A DNA stretch of 64,000 nucleotides from an uncultured Desulfarculus sp. (GCA_963665125.2 CAXXUK010000002.1:576001-640000), one strand, 5' to 3'. Shown: positions 9,806 through 18,844, numbered from the stretch's first letter. Notes: generated by a model not told the origin, from the letters alone. Program-made: numbers and translations.

Positions 9806-10557
9806 GAGCCCATCCTCCCGTCTATCTCCCGGCAAAGGCCGCCGAAGTCCTGGGCCCCGATGCTCCTTTTGCGGTAGGAGAAGATATCCTTGCCAAAACT
9901 GGGGGCCTCGGCCAGGGCCACGTTGTCCCTGACGCGGGTGCTGAAAACCATGTCACCGAAATAGTCTCCCAGCTTTGAGGCCACTTCCTGGCTCAGGCGC
10001 TTGCGGCCGTCAAAGCGGTTGATGACGATGCCGCCTATATCCAGGCCGGGGTTGAAGCGTTTTTTTACGGCGCTGACGGTCTCCAGAAGCTTGCTCAGGC
10101 TTTGCAGGGCCAAGTACTCGGCCTGCAAGGGGATTATCACCCGGTCGGAGGCCGTCAAGGCGTTGATGGACAGGATGCCCAGGTTTGGCGGGCAGTCCAG
10201 CAGGATGTAGTCATAGCCGTCGGCATTGCCGAGGGCCTGACGCAGGCGGAATTCCTTTTGGGGCATGCCGCCCAATTCAACCTCGCCGGCGGCCAGGCGT
10301 AGCGACCCGGCAATCACATCCATGTCATGGGCCCGGCTCATGGCCTGGTTGAGTCCGGCCCGGCCCAGCAGCAGTTCATGGGATGTAGTTTGACCGTCCT
10401 GCATATACAGTCCCAGGGCGGTGGTCAGGTGGGCCTGGGCGTCAAGGTCGACGAGTAGAATTCGTTTGCCCATCTCCCGGAGGCCGGCGGCGATATTTAC
10501 GGTGCAGGTGGTTTTGCCCACCCCGCCTTTTTGATTGAGTATCGCAATGGTCGGCAT
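9802..10557 (-). CDS. ParA/Soj/MinD-family ATPase (orphan, no parB)
   Basis: NQKGGVGKTT deviant Walker A, LVDLDAQAH, YILLDCPPNLG, VALAEAPSFG. Confidence 0.95.
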   Translation of the reverse strand: MPTIAILNQKGGVGKTTCTVNIAAGLREMGKRILLVDLDAQAHLTTALGLYMQDGQTTSHELLLGRAGLNQAMSRAHDMDVIAGSLRLAAGEVELGGMPQKEFRLRQALGNADGYDYILLDCPPNLGILSINALTASDRVIIPLQAEYLALQSLSKLLETVSAVKKRFNPGLDIGGIVINRFDGRKRLSQEVASKLGDYFGDMVFSTRVRDNVALAEAPSFGKDIFSYRKRSIGAQDFGGLCREIDGRMGS

Positions 10558-10832
10558 GGTGTTTTTCCGATTATCCGTCTGTTAAACCCATGGAACGCCA
10601 ACTCCAAATGGATAATTGTTAACCTATTAAAACATCAATATGATTTCGCCATTGTTACATTTTTGTAGCAATGGCATGGCAAGCAGGGCTTGAAAGGATC
10701 GAGCCGGTTTTGCCATTATTATGGACCGGATCATTCATCTTGCTGATGAACTGCCGAGGGGTGGGGACAACCCGCTGATCTTGGGGAAAAACAAGCGCCA
10801 CAACAGCCACACGCCATTAAAAGGGGAAACAC

Positions 10833-12098
10833 ATGCTCATTGAATACTTGATCGCGCTGGGCTCTTTGGTTGTAATTGCGGTAATCGTGCTGGGCCTGGG
10901 CTGGATTGCCTTTAAAAACACCCTGGGCTACAGAGTGGTTCTGCGCCTGTCTCCGGGATTAGTGATCACCTACGCCAACTCATACCTTTGGGGCAAGTTT
11001 GGGATCGGCAATATCGGCATGACAGTGCTGATCCTCGGCATCGGCGGCTTGATCATATTGGCCTGCGTATATTGGGCCCACCGGGCATTGGTGATGCCGA
11101 TGCTGAAAGACGCCAACAACATGGGCGTGGCCTCCGAAAGGCTCAACGAGGCCGTAAAGGTCATTTCCCGGGCATCGAGCCAGCTGGCCGAGGGATCGTC
11201 GTCCCAGGCGGCTTCCCTGGAGCAGTCGTCGTCCTCCTTGGAGGAAATGGCCTCCATGACCCGCAACAACGCCGACAACGCGGCCCAAGCCGATACCCTA
11301 ATGTCCGAGACCCGCACGACAATGGAGCGGGCAGTGCAGTCCATGGATCAACTCAACGGCTCGATGAAGGACATCGCCACGGCCAGTGAAGAGACCTCTA
11401 AAATCATCAAGACCATTGACGAGATCGCTTTTCAGACCAACCTGTTGGCCCTCAATGCCGCGGTGGAGGCGGCCAGGGCGGGAGAGGCCGGAGCCGGTTT
11501 CGCCGTGGTGGCCGACGAGGTCCGGGCCCTGGCCATGCGGGCCGCCGAGGCGGCCAAGAACACGGCCGCGCTTATAGAGGGCACGGTGAGCAAGGTCGGC
11601 GACGGCGTCAAGCTGGTTAACACCACCGGCGAGGTGTTCGAGGAAGTCGCGGGTAACTCCGTCAAGGTGGCTGAACTTATTTCGGAAATAGCCATGGCCT
11701 CCCGGGAGCAGTCCCAGGGCATCGACCAGATAAACGGCGCGGTCACCCAGATGGACAAGGCCACCCAGACCGCGGCTGCCAATGCCCAGGAATCCGCCGC
11801 CGCAGCATCCGATATGGATGTGCTCTGCGGCCGGATGGACAACATGGTCAGAACGGTGATAGCCGGTTTGGGCGGCAAGGTGCACGGCAATGGCAATGGC
11901 CATGCGGACATGGATGATTGGGTTGCCGGTTCCCGTCAATCCGCGCGACCGGTGAGCGCCGCCCCGGCCAGGCTGCCGGCGGTCCGGCCGGCCAAGGGCG
12001 TTCCCGCCTCCAGGCGTATCGAGCAGAAAAGCAAGACCGAACCCAAACCCGAGGACGTGATCCCCTTTGACGACGAGGGTGATTTCACCGACTTTTAG
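10833..12098 (+). CDS. Methyl-accepting chemotaxis protein with membrane-embedded N-terminal sensor
   Basis: [37 protein letters not shown]; about three N-terminal TM helices; C-terminal DFTDF. Confidence 0.95.
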   Translation: MLIEYLIALGSLVVIAVIVLGLGWIAFKNTLGYRVVLRLSPGLVITYANSYLWGKFGIGNIGMTVLILGIGGLIILACVYWAHRALVMPMLKDANNMGVASERLNEAVKVISRASSQLAEGSSSQAASLEQSSSSLEEMASMTRNNADNAAQADTLMSETRTTMERAVQSMDQLNGSMKDIATASEETSKIIKTIDEIAFQTNLLALNAAVEAARAGEAGAGFAVVADEVRALAMRAAEAAKNTAALIEGTVSKVGDGVKLVNTTGEVFEEVAGNSVKVAELISEIAMASREQSQGIDQINGAVTQMDKATQTAAANAQESAAAASDMDVLCGRMDNMVRTVIAGLGGKVHGNGNGHADMDDWVAGSRQSARPVSAAPARLPAVRPAKGVPASRRIEQKSKTEPKPEDVIPFDDEGDFTDF

Positions 12099-12131
12099 CC
12101 CGGCGCCTTTGATGACCCTCCAGTCTGAAAA

Positions 12132-12160
12132 TCCCCTGGGCCTTGTAAAGGCCTGGGGGA
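12132..12160 (+). terminator. Probable intrinsic terminator after MCP
   Basis: TCCCCTGGGCCT-TGTAA-AGGCCTGGGGGA hairpin (with G-U pairs). Confidence 0.5.
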
Positions 12161-12315
12161 ATCATTTATCCTGTAAGAGCCTGCCCTGATTGCTCGTCAC
12201 ATAGCTGTAAAGCAATCTTCATCCTGCTGTGATGGCTGTTAGTTGATTTTGCGCTAGTCTTCGTCCATGCCTTTTGGGTGAACTTCTGTGGCCGTCACCA
12301 GCAAAAGGAAAAGCA

Positions 12316-12564
12316 ATGCATACTCAAAACTCTGAAAAATGGCTGGCCCTGCACGGTGAAAAAATGATCGATTGTCCATACCAACCGGGTAACCTGCGTT
12401 TGAGCGCTTCATCCTGCGCCAAACGTTTCGCCTGCGCGCATTCCAAACGCTACAGCAAGCTTTCCGGCGACTCACCGCAACTGCTGGCCTTTAAAATGAA
12501 TCTGACCTATTGCCGAAATTGCAAAATCGGCGCTTCGCTGGTTCCACCCGACGAGGCCGCATGA
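12316..12564 (+). CDS. Small Cys-rich hypothetical protein
   Basis: AAGGA RBS; MHTQNSEKWL...DCPY...SSCAKRFAC...YCRNCKIG; followed by terminator. Confidence 0.6.
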   Translation: MHTQNSEKWLALHGEKMIDCPYQPGNLRLSASSCAKRFACAHSKRYSKLSGDSPQLLAFKMNLTYCRNCKIGASLVPPDEAA

Positions 12565-12602
12565 CATAGCTTCTTCCGACCCTCTCCCTTGCCCTGTAGG
12601 GC

Positions 12603-12643
12603 TCCCGTGGCTGGTCCAGCTTCCGGCCGCGGGATTTTTTTTT
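12603..12643 (+). terminator. Intrinsic terminator
   Basis: TCCCGTGGCTGG...CCGGCCGCGGGA followed by T9. Confidence 0.75.
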
Positions 12644-12709
12644 GACAACACGGTCAGAAAGGAACAACATATTAAGTTGTGTCTAAATCACTGTCCATGG
12701 GGGTGTCTC

Positions 12710-13588
12710 ATGAAAAAGTTGTTTGCCCTTTTTGTGTTGTTTGCGTCAACCTTCGCCTTTGCCGGAGCGGCAAAAGCCGATAGACTCGCCGTGGCGGTGA
12801 GCATCGTGCCGGAAGCCTATTTCGCTTCACAGGTAGGCGGCGACAGGGTGGATGTGCACACCCTGGTCGCGCCGGGCCAGTCTCCCCATACCTTTGAGCC
12901 CACGGCCCGGCAGATGTCCGATCTGGCCAAGGCCAAAATCTATTTCACCATAGGCATGCCCTTTGAGGCCCATCTGGTGCCCAAGATAAAGGCCGGCAAC
13001 GCCGGCATTATGATCGTTGACGTGCGCAAGGGTGTGCATATGCGGCATATGGACAAGCCCGGTCAGCAACACCAAGACCAAGAAGACGGTCACGGCCATG
13101 GCGAGTTGGACCCGCATATCTGGATGAGCCCCAGGATCGCCTCGCTGATCGCCGGAGAAATGGCCGAGGCCCTGATCCAAGCCGATCCGGCCGGGGCGCA
13201 AGAGTACAAGGCCAACCTCAAGGGCCTGCAAGAGCGCCTTGGCGCCCTGGACAAGGAGATCGGCCGGGTGTTGGATCCGCTAAGGGGCAGGGAAGTCTTT
13301 GTATTTCATCCGGCCTTCGGCTATCTTTTGGATGAATACGGCCTCAAGCAGGTGCCCATCGAGAGCATGGGCAAGTCGCCCGGCCCCAGGCGTTTGGCCC
13401 TTTTGGTACACGATGCCAAACAGCGCGGGGTCAAGGTGATATTCGTCCAGCCCCAGTTCCCCCAAAAGAGCGCCCAGGCCATTGCCCAGGCCATTGGCGG
13501 AGCCGTGGTGCCCCTGGACCCCCTGGCCCCGGACTACATAAAAAACTTGCGGGACATGGCCGGACAGATAGCAGGCGCGGCCCGCTAA
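12710..13588 (+). CDS. Zn/Mn ABC-type substrate-binding protein (ZnuA/TroA family)
   Basis: Signal peptide, SPHTFEPT, His-rich loop, LDPHIWMSP, VFHPAFGY, LDPLA. Confidence 0.93.
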   Translation: MKKLFALFVLFASTFAFAGAAKADRLAVAVSIVPEAYFASQVGGDRVDVHTLVAPGQSPHTFEPTARQMSDLAKAKIYFTIGMPFEAHLVPKIKAGNAGIMIVDVRKGVHMRHMDKPGQQHQDQEDGHGHGELDPHIWMSPRIASLIAGEMAEALIQADPAGAQEYKANLKGLQERLGALDKEIGRVLDPLRGREVFVFHPAFGYLLDEYGLKQVPIESMGKSPGPRRLALLVHDAKQRGVKVIFVQPQFPQKSAQAIAQAIGGAVVPLDPLAPDYIKNLRDMAGQIAGAAR

Positions 13589-13594
13589 CGGCAT

Positions 13595-14587
13595 TTGGAG
13601 AGGCCCTTGTCTTCCTTTTGGGCTGAAATGCAGGTATTCGCCTCCATCGCCTCGGCGATCTTTCTGGAGGCGGCGCCCTTTTTGCTGCTGGGCTCGGTAG
13701 TGGCGGCGGCCTTCGAGGTCTTCGCCCCGCCGGACGCCCTGGGCCGGGTTTTGGGCGGCGGGCGGGTCCGGGGCGTGGCCGTGGGCCTTTTCGCCGGGCT
13801 GGTGCTGCCCACCTGCGAATGCGGCGTGGTGCCCATCACCAGGCGGTTGTTGGCCAAGGGCGTGCCGCCGCACACGGCCATCACCTACATGCTGGCCGCG
13901 CCGGTGATCAACCCGGTGGTGCTTCTTAGTACCTGGGTGGCCTTCCGGGGCGACTGGCCCATTGTGGTGTGGCGGGTGATCCTGGTGGCGCTGCCAGCGG
14001 TGGTGGTGGGCTACAGTCTGGGCCGCCTGCCCGGAGCGGCTATTTTAAAACCCGGCGCCGTCTCGAGCCCGGCGGCGTGCTCCTGCGGCCACGACCACGG
14101 AGCGAGCCTGGTGCAAATCCAAGACGGCACCTCGTGTTCCTGCGGCCATGACAACGGGCCGTTGATCGCCTCCAGCCCCAGGGCCAAGCTGTTGGCCCTG
14201 GTCAGCCATACGGCCGATGAATTCATGTCCATGAGCAAATACCTGATCCTGGGCTGCCTGGCCGCTGCCGCAGTGAAGGCCTTCATGCCTTCGAGTGTGC
14301 TGCAAGCCTTTAGCGGCAATCCCGTGGCGGCGGTCTTGGCCATGATGGCCCTGGCCATCGGCCTTTCGGTGTGCTCGGAGGCCGACGCATTCGTGGCCGC
14401 CTCGCTGACCACCTTCCCGGCGACGGCCCAGCTTGCCTTTCTGGCCATCGGGCCCATGGTGGACCTTAAACTCATCGCCATGTTCCAGGCGACCTTCCAT
14501 CCGCGGGTCACCCTGGTGCTGATAATCGTACCCATATTGATGGTGGCCATGATGTGCATCGCCCTGGGGGTGGGTCTTGGCTGGTAG
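13595..14587 (+). CDS. DUF318 / YcgR-type permease
   Basis: EAAPFLLLG, PTCECGVVP, LAAPVINP, CSCGHDH loops, SVCSEADAFVA, GPMVDLK. Confidence 0.88.
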   Translation: MERPLSSFWAEMQVFASIASAIFLEAAPFLLLGSVVAAAFEVFAPPDALGRVLGGGRVRGVAVGLFAGLVLPTCECGVVPITRRLLAKGVPPHTAITYMLAAPVINPVVLLSTWVAFRGDWPIVVWRVILVALPAVVVGYSLGRLPGAAILKPGAVSSPAACSCGHDHGASLVQIQDGTSCSCGHDNGPLIASSPRAKLLALVSHTADEFMSMSKYLILGCLAAAAVKAFMPSSVLQAFSGNPVAAVLAMMALAIGLSVCSEADAFVAASLTTFPATAQLAFLAIGPMVDLKLIAMFQATFHPRVTLVLIIVPILMVAMMCIALGVGLGW

Positions 14588-15344
14588 CTTGATGCAAAGG
14601 ATCGCCGCCCTGACCGAGGGACTGGCCCTGACGGCCCTGGGCGGGGCCATGCTCTGGTTCGGCCTGAGCGAAGACTATTGGGTCTTGATGAACCCCAAGT
14701 TCAGTTGGCTGACGATCACGGCAGGGGCAATCCTCACCGGCTTGGGCGTCCTGGCCCTGGTCATGGGCACTCGCCGGGGAGTGTGGGGGCGCATTTGCCT
14801 GTTGACCGTGATGGTCACCATGATCGCCGTGGTGGACCACGCCGCCCTGCTGGGGCCGGTGGGCGCCGGAAATCCCGCCCCCACCAGCAAAACGGATCCG
14901 TCCCGCCTGGAATGGCAAGGCCGTGAGTACATCAAGATCAACGCCATGGAGCTGTTCACCCTGGCCGAAAAGGGCAACCCGGCCGACATTGGTCAACACT
15001 ATGTTTGGCGTGCCGTGGCCCGGCAGGCGCCCGGACTGGGACCGGGGCGGTTCGTGGCCCTGCGCACCAGCGTATTCTGTTGCCTGGCCGATGCCGTGGC
15101 CATGGGGTTCGTGGTCCGGACAACCGGGCCGGTTCCGGCCGACGGCCAATGGGTCAAGCTCTGGGGCAAGCTGCAAAAGACCCCGACCCCCATCGAAGGC
15201 ACGGGCCTGGTGCAGACCAAGGGCGTGTTCATGAGCGTGGCCAGCAGCGACTGGGTGTTCGCCGCCGACCGCGTGGAGGCCATCGCCACGCCCGAGGTGC
15301 CTTTCTGTTTTGTCTTCAATCAGAAAGAGCCCTTTGCCTACTAA
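14577..15344 (+). CDS. DUF1980 / YcgQ-like (TIGR03943-type) permease partner
   Basis: Three N-terminal TM helices, FCCLADA motif, WVKLWG OB-like C-terminus; follows DUF318 gene. Confidence 0.8.
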   Translation: MAGSLMQRIAALTEGLALTALGGAMLWFGLSEDYWVLMNPKFSWLTITAGAILTGLGVLALVMGTRRGVWGRICLLTVMVTMIAVVDHAALLGPVGAGNPAPTSKTDPSRLEWQGREYIKINAMELFTLAEKGNPADIGQHYVWRAVARQAPGLGPGRFVALRTSVFCCLADAVAMGFVVRTTGPVPADGQWVKLWGKLQKTPTPIEGTGLVQTKGVFMSVASSDWVFAADRVEAIATPEVPFCFVFNQKEPFAY

Positions 15345-15415
15345 AATGCTTTTATTACAGGTTGTTTGAGGAAGTTTGGCCCGCCTTTGGCTTGGCCCTG
15401 CCTTGCCGGGTGGGC

Positions 15416-15604
15416 TCAGACGCGTTGGGATATGATCGCCTTGGTGGTCAGTTCCAGCACGTCGTCCAGACCGGTGGTCTGTTTCGGCGTTGCCAGGGGA
15501 GTGCCCGCGGCCACCTTGACCAAAGTCAGATACAGCTTGGCCGGGGTGACGACATTGCCGGGGCTGTCGGTGGGCGGTGGGGCCGTATGAATCACCAGAG
15601 ACAT
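15416..15604 (-). CDS. Small hypothetical protein
   Basis: 62-aa ORF preceded by a sigma28-like promoter; no family recognised. Confidence 0.4.
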   Translation of the reverse strand: MSLVIHTAPPPTDSPGNVVTPAKLYLTLVKVAAGTPLATPKQTTGLDDVLELTTKAIISQRV

Positions 15605-15680
15605 ATAAGCAGTTTCCCGCGTATGTTGCCACGCATGGCGGCAGGTAAAATAAACCTTCCGTGGAGTGGCTGACCCGCCG

Positions 15681-15707
15681 TCATCGGCAGGCCATATTGG
15701 ATAATTA
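15681..15707 (-). promoter_or_regulatory. Sigma28 (FliA)-like promoter
   Basis: Minus strand TAAT-N15-GCCGATGA versus consensus TAAA-N15-GCCGATAA. Confidence 0.45.
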
Positions 15708-15867
15708 CAGTTTATTATGGCCGAAATGGGCTGTCAATCGCTTGCCGACGGCACCATTTTTTCCATCGATTCATGGTTTGAAACAAATCATCCGGCTATG
15801 CTTAACACTGTAAGAATTGGTCTGGGTTGCGGCGGCATGGTCCCGGACATGGAAAAGGCTTGGCCAA

Positions 15868-16692
15868 ATGGATGACATGAGATTCAGGCTGCGAATTTTT
15901 CTCGCCATTACCATTGGAGTTATGGCCATCGGTGTGTTGGGCTTGATGTATACCGAAGGCCTTGGCCTTGGTGAAGCGCTATATTTCAGCATAGTAACGC
16001 TGACAACCGTGGGTTATGGCGATATCTCACCGCATACCGCCATGGGCCGGTTTTTGGCGGTGGTCATGATCCTCGCCGGTGTGGGCGCCTTCATGGGTGT
16101 GGTGGCCAACGTAACCGAGATGCTGTTGAGCCGCAGAGAGCAAGACATCCGTTCGGGCAAGACCCATATGGTGACGAGTATATTCTTCAGTGAACTGGGC
16201 AACGAGTTGCTGCGGTTGTGCGCCGCCTCGGATGTGAACCCAGGGCAGTTGGAAAAGTTCGTTGGTGTTGACGGAAAGTGGGGCAAGGATGAATTCAGAA
16301 CCCTGCGCCGCTCCCTGTTGGGTCATGATTTCAAGGTTGATATGTCCAAGATTGATTTGCCCAAGGCGCGGCAAATGCTCAGGGCAAACAGCGAGCTGCT
16401 CTTACGCCTTTTGGAAAATCCCTTCATGCTGGAAAATGAAAAATTCAGCGCCGTATTGCTGGCAGTGTTTCATTTGCGCGATGAGTTGACCCACCGTCCG
16501 GATCTCAATGACTTGCCCCAATCCGACTTGGCCCATCTGGCGATGGATTTCAGCCGCGTATACACCCTGTTGACCGAACACTGGCTGGGTTATGTTCAGT
16601 ATCTTGCCGCCAACTATCCGTATTTATACTTTATGGCCGTAAGATCGAACCCCTTTTGCCCTGGACCCGTGGATGTTGTGGTGCGCGGCTAA
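15868..16692 (+). CDS. Potassium channel family protein (2TM pore + C-terminal domain)
   Basis: ALYFSIVTLTTVGYGDISP selectivity filter. Confidence 0.9.
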   Translation: MDDMRFRLRIFLAITIGVMAIGVLGLMYTEGLGLGEALYFSIVTLTTVGYGDISPHTAMGRFLAVVMILAGVGAFMGVVANVTEMLLSRREQDIRSGKTHMVTSIFFSELGNELLRLCAASDVNPGQLEKFVGVDGKWGKDEFRTLRRSLLGHDFKVDMSKIDLPKARQMLRANSELLLRLLENPFMLENEKFSAVLLAVFHLRDELTHRPDLNDLPQSDLAHLAMDFSRVYTLLTEHWLGYVQYLAANYPYLYFMAVRSNPFCPGPVDVVVRG

Positions 16693-16830
16693 GCCGGGAC
16701 TCCGGTGATTGTCGGGCCTCTGGCCCATGCTCCCGTCTTGGTAGGGACAAGCATTGTGCGCCTTCGGCGGCCGGAGGTGATTCTCCGCTTTATAAATATC
16801 AAAAGCTCGTCGACTGCTATTTCTTGTTTA

Positions 16831-17028
16831 TCGGCCCGTCCTTGGGCCAAGGTGCGGCGCCCCGGACGGAATAAATGCGATCCGGGGTTTACGGCGCATG
16901 GCTTCGCGCTGCGCCGGGCTGGCCGTCCTGGCCAGCCGATTCGTAAAGCAAAGGTGTTGCTATTGCGAAGTGAACAGCCGGGGCCACAGGTGTTTTTTGA
17001 GGCTCTGAGCGCTGCCCGCGATTTGGGA
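16831..17028 (+). repeat. Dispersed ~200-bp structured intergenic repeat, copy 1
   Basis: Aligns with 56969-57167; first 25 nt identical (TCGGCCCGTCCTTGGGCCAAGGTGC), both end TGCCCGCGATTTGGGA; four hairpins. Confidence 0.88.
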
Positions 17029-17133
17029 GCCCAAACATTGGGCAAACATTGCGGGTGGGGGATTAATAGGGTATGTATCAGGCGGTGCGGGATTTCGTGC
17101 CGCAGTTATCTAATGATGAAATAAAATGGTGCA

Positions 17134-18555
17134 ATGATGAGCCAAACCAACGACAACACGCCCAAGGTCCGCACCCGCTTCCCTCCGTCGCCCACCGGCG
17201 CGCTGCACATCGGCGGGGCGCGCACGGCCCTGTTCAACTGGCTATTCGCCCGGCACCACGGCGGGCAGATGGTCATGCGCCTGGAAGACACCGACCAGAA
17301 GCGCTCCAAGCAGGAATACGTGGAGTCGATTATTTCGGCCATGACCTGGCTGGGCCTGGATTTTGATGAAGGGCCTTTCTACCAGACCAAGCGCATGGAC
17401 CGCTATAAGGAAGTCGTGCAGCAGATGCTCGCAAACGGCACGGCCTACTGGTGCCACTGTTCACCCGAAGAGGTGCAGGCCAAGCGCGACGCGGCCATGG
17501 CCTCCGGCGGCAAGCCCATGTACGACGGCACATGCCGCGAAAAGGGCCTGGGCCCGGCGGACGGCGCGGTGGTGCGTTTTCGCGGCCCCTGCGAAGGCGT
17601 CACGGCCTTCAACGACCTGGTCAAGGGACCAATCAGCTTTGACAACAAGGAACTGGACGACCTGGTGATCCAGCGGAGCGACGGCACGCCGACATATCAC
17701 CTGGCCGTGATCGTCGACGATATCGACATGGCCATCACCCACGTTATCCGGGGCGACGACCATGTGTCCAACACGCCGCGCCAGATCCAGCTCATCCGGG
17801 CCCTGGGCATGGAACCGCCGCTGTACGCCCACATCCCGATGATCCTGGGGCCGGACAAGAAAAAGCTCAGCAAGCGCCACGGCGCGGCCGCGGTCATCGA
17901 GTACGAGGACATGGGCTACATGCCCGAGTCCATGCTCAACGCTTTGGCCCGCCTGGGCTGGTCCCACGGCGACCAGGAGGTGTTCAGCCGCGACGAGCTT
18001 ATCGAGCTTTTCGACCTGGATGCCGTGGGCCGCAGCGCCGCGGTGTTCGACATCGCCAAGCTCAACGCCCTGAACCATAAATATATCCAGAGCGCCGAGC
18101 CCAAGCGGCTCATGGAGCTATTGCCGCCGTTTTTGGCCAAGCGCGGCATCACCGACTACGACGCGGCCGTGCTGGAAAAGGCCCTGCCCGAGTTGGTGGC
18201 CCGCACCGAAAACCTGATCATGCTGGCCGAATGGGCCGAGCCCTATCTGGTGGCCGATCCGGAGATGGACCCCAAGGCCGTGAGCAAGGTGCTGCAAAAA
18301 GAGGGCGCGGCCCAGGCCCTGGACGCGGTGGCCGCTCTGGTGCGCGAGATCGGCGCCGAGGACACCGGGGCCATGGACGCGGCGTTCCACAAACTGGCCG
18401 AGGATATGGGCGTGAAAATGGGCCAGATCGCCCAGCCCGTACGCGTGGCCCTCACCGGCCGCACGGCCAGCCCGGGCATTTTCGAGGTCATGGCCATATT
18501 GGGATCGGAGGCCGTATTGAATCGCCTGGAGCGGGCAAAGGACTTTGCCGCCTGA
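17134..18555 (+). CDS. gltX: Glutamate--tRNA ligase
   Basis: VRTRFPPSPTGALHIGGARTALFNWL, RLEDTD, VIRGDDH, KLSKRHG. Confidence 0.98.
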   Translation: MMSQTNDNTPKVRTRFPPSPTGALHIGGARTALFNWLFARHHGGQMVMRLEDTDQKRSKQEYVESIISAMTWLGLDFDEGPFYQTKRMDRYKEVVQQMLANGTAYWCHCSPEEVQAKRDAAMASGGKPMYDGTCREKGLGPADGAVVRFRGPCEGVTAFNDLVKGPISFDNKELDDLVIQRSDGTPTYHLAVIVDDIDMAITHVIRGDDHVSNTPRQIQLIRALGMEPPLYAHIPMILGPDKKKLSKRHGAAAVIEYEDMGYMPESMLNALARLGWSHGDQEVFSRDELIELFDLDAVGRSAAVFDIAKLNALNHKYIQSAEPKRLMELLPPFLAKRGITDYDAAVLEKALPELVARTENLIMLAEWAEPYLVADPEMDPKAVSKVLQKEGAAQALDAVAALVREIGAEDTGAMDAAFHKLAEDMGVKMGQIAQPVRVALTGRTASPGIFEVMAILGSEAVLNRLERAKDFAA

Positions 18556-18584
18556 AAATCCGGGCGCCAAGGGGGTAAAGCCTC

Positions 18585-18613
18585 TTGACGGATCGCCGAT
18601 CATCCTATAAAAA
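18585..18613 (+). promoter_or_regulatory. Sigma70-like promoter for tRNA genes
   Basis: TTGACG at 18585 and TATAAAAA at 18606 just before tRNA-Gln. Confidence 0.5.
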
Positions 18614-18625
18614 ATGTGGCTGTGT

Positions 18626-18699
18626 TGGCGGATCGTCTAATGGCAGGACGACGGGTTCTGGCCCCGTTAATCTAGGTTCGAGTCCTAGTCCGCCAGCCA
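18626..18699 (+). tRNA. tRNA-Gln(CTG)
   Basis: Acceptor TGGCGGA/TCCGCCA, anticodon arm ACGGG-TTCTGGC-CCCGT, GGTTCGAGTCC, encoded CCA. Confidence 0.96.
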
Positions 18700-18720
18700 T
18701 ACATAAAGCCAGATTCGCGT

Positions 18721-18796
18721 GGTCCCATCGTCTAGCGGTCTAGGATACCGGCCTCTCACGCCGGGGACACGGGTTCGAGTCCCGTTGGGACTGCCA
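18721..18796 (+). tRNA. tRNA-Glu(CTC)
   Basis: Acceptor GGTCCCA/TGGGACT, anticodon arm CCGGC-CTCTCAC-GCCGG, GGTTCGAGTCCC, encoded CCA. Confidence 0.97.
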
Positions 18797-18801
18797 AGTT
18801 T

Positions 18802-18840
18802 AGGGCCGACCTTTTATCCTGGGTCGGCCCTTTTTCTTTG
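18802..18840 (+). terminator. Intrinsic terminator after tRNA-Glu
   Basis: AGGGCCGACC...GGTCGGCCCT followed by TTTTCTTT. Confidence 0.8.
18813..18840 (+). repeat. Left direct repeat (attL-like)
   Basis: TTTATCCTGGGTCGGCCCTTTTTCTTTG; matches 35758-35785 at 27/28. Confidence 0.88.
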
Positions 18841-18844
18841 ACTA

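Noticed and set aside
10720..10830. Possible c-di-GMP riboswitch upstream of the MCP
   Set aside because: Conserved GEMM elements not recognisable
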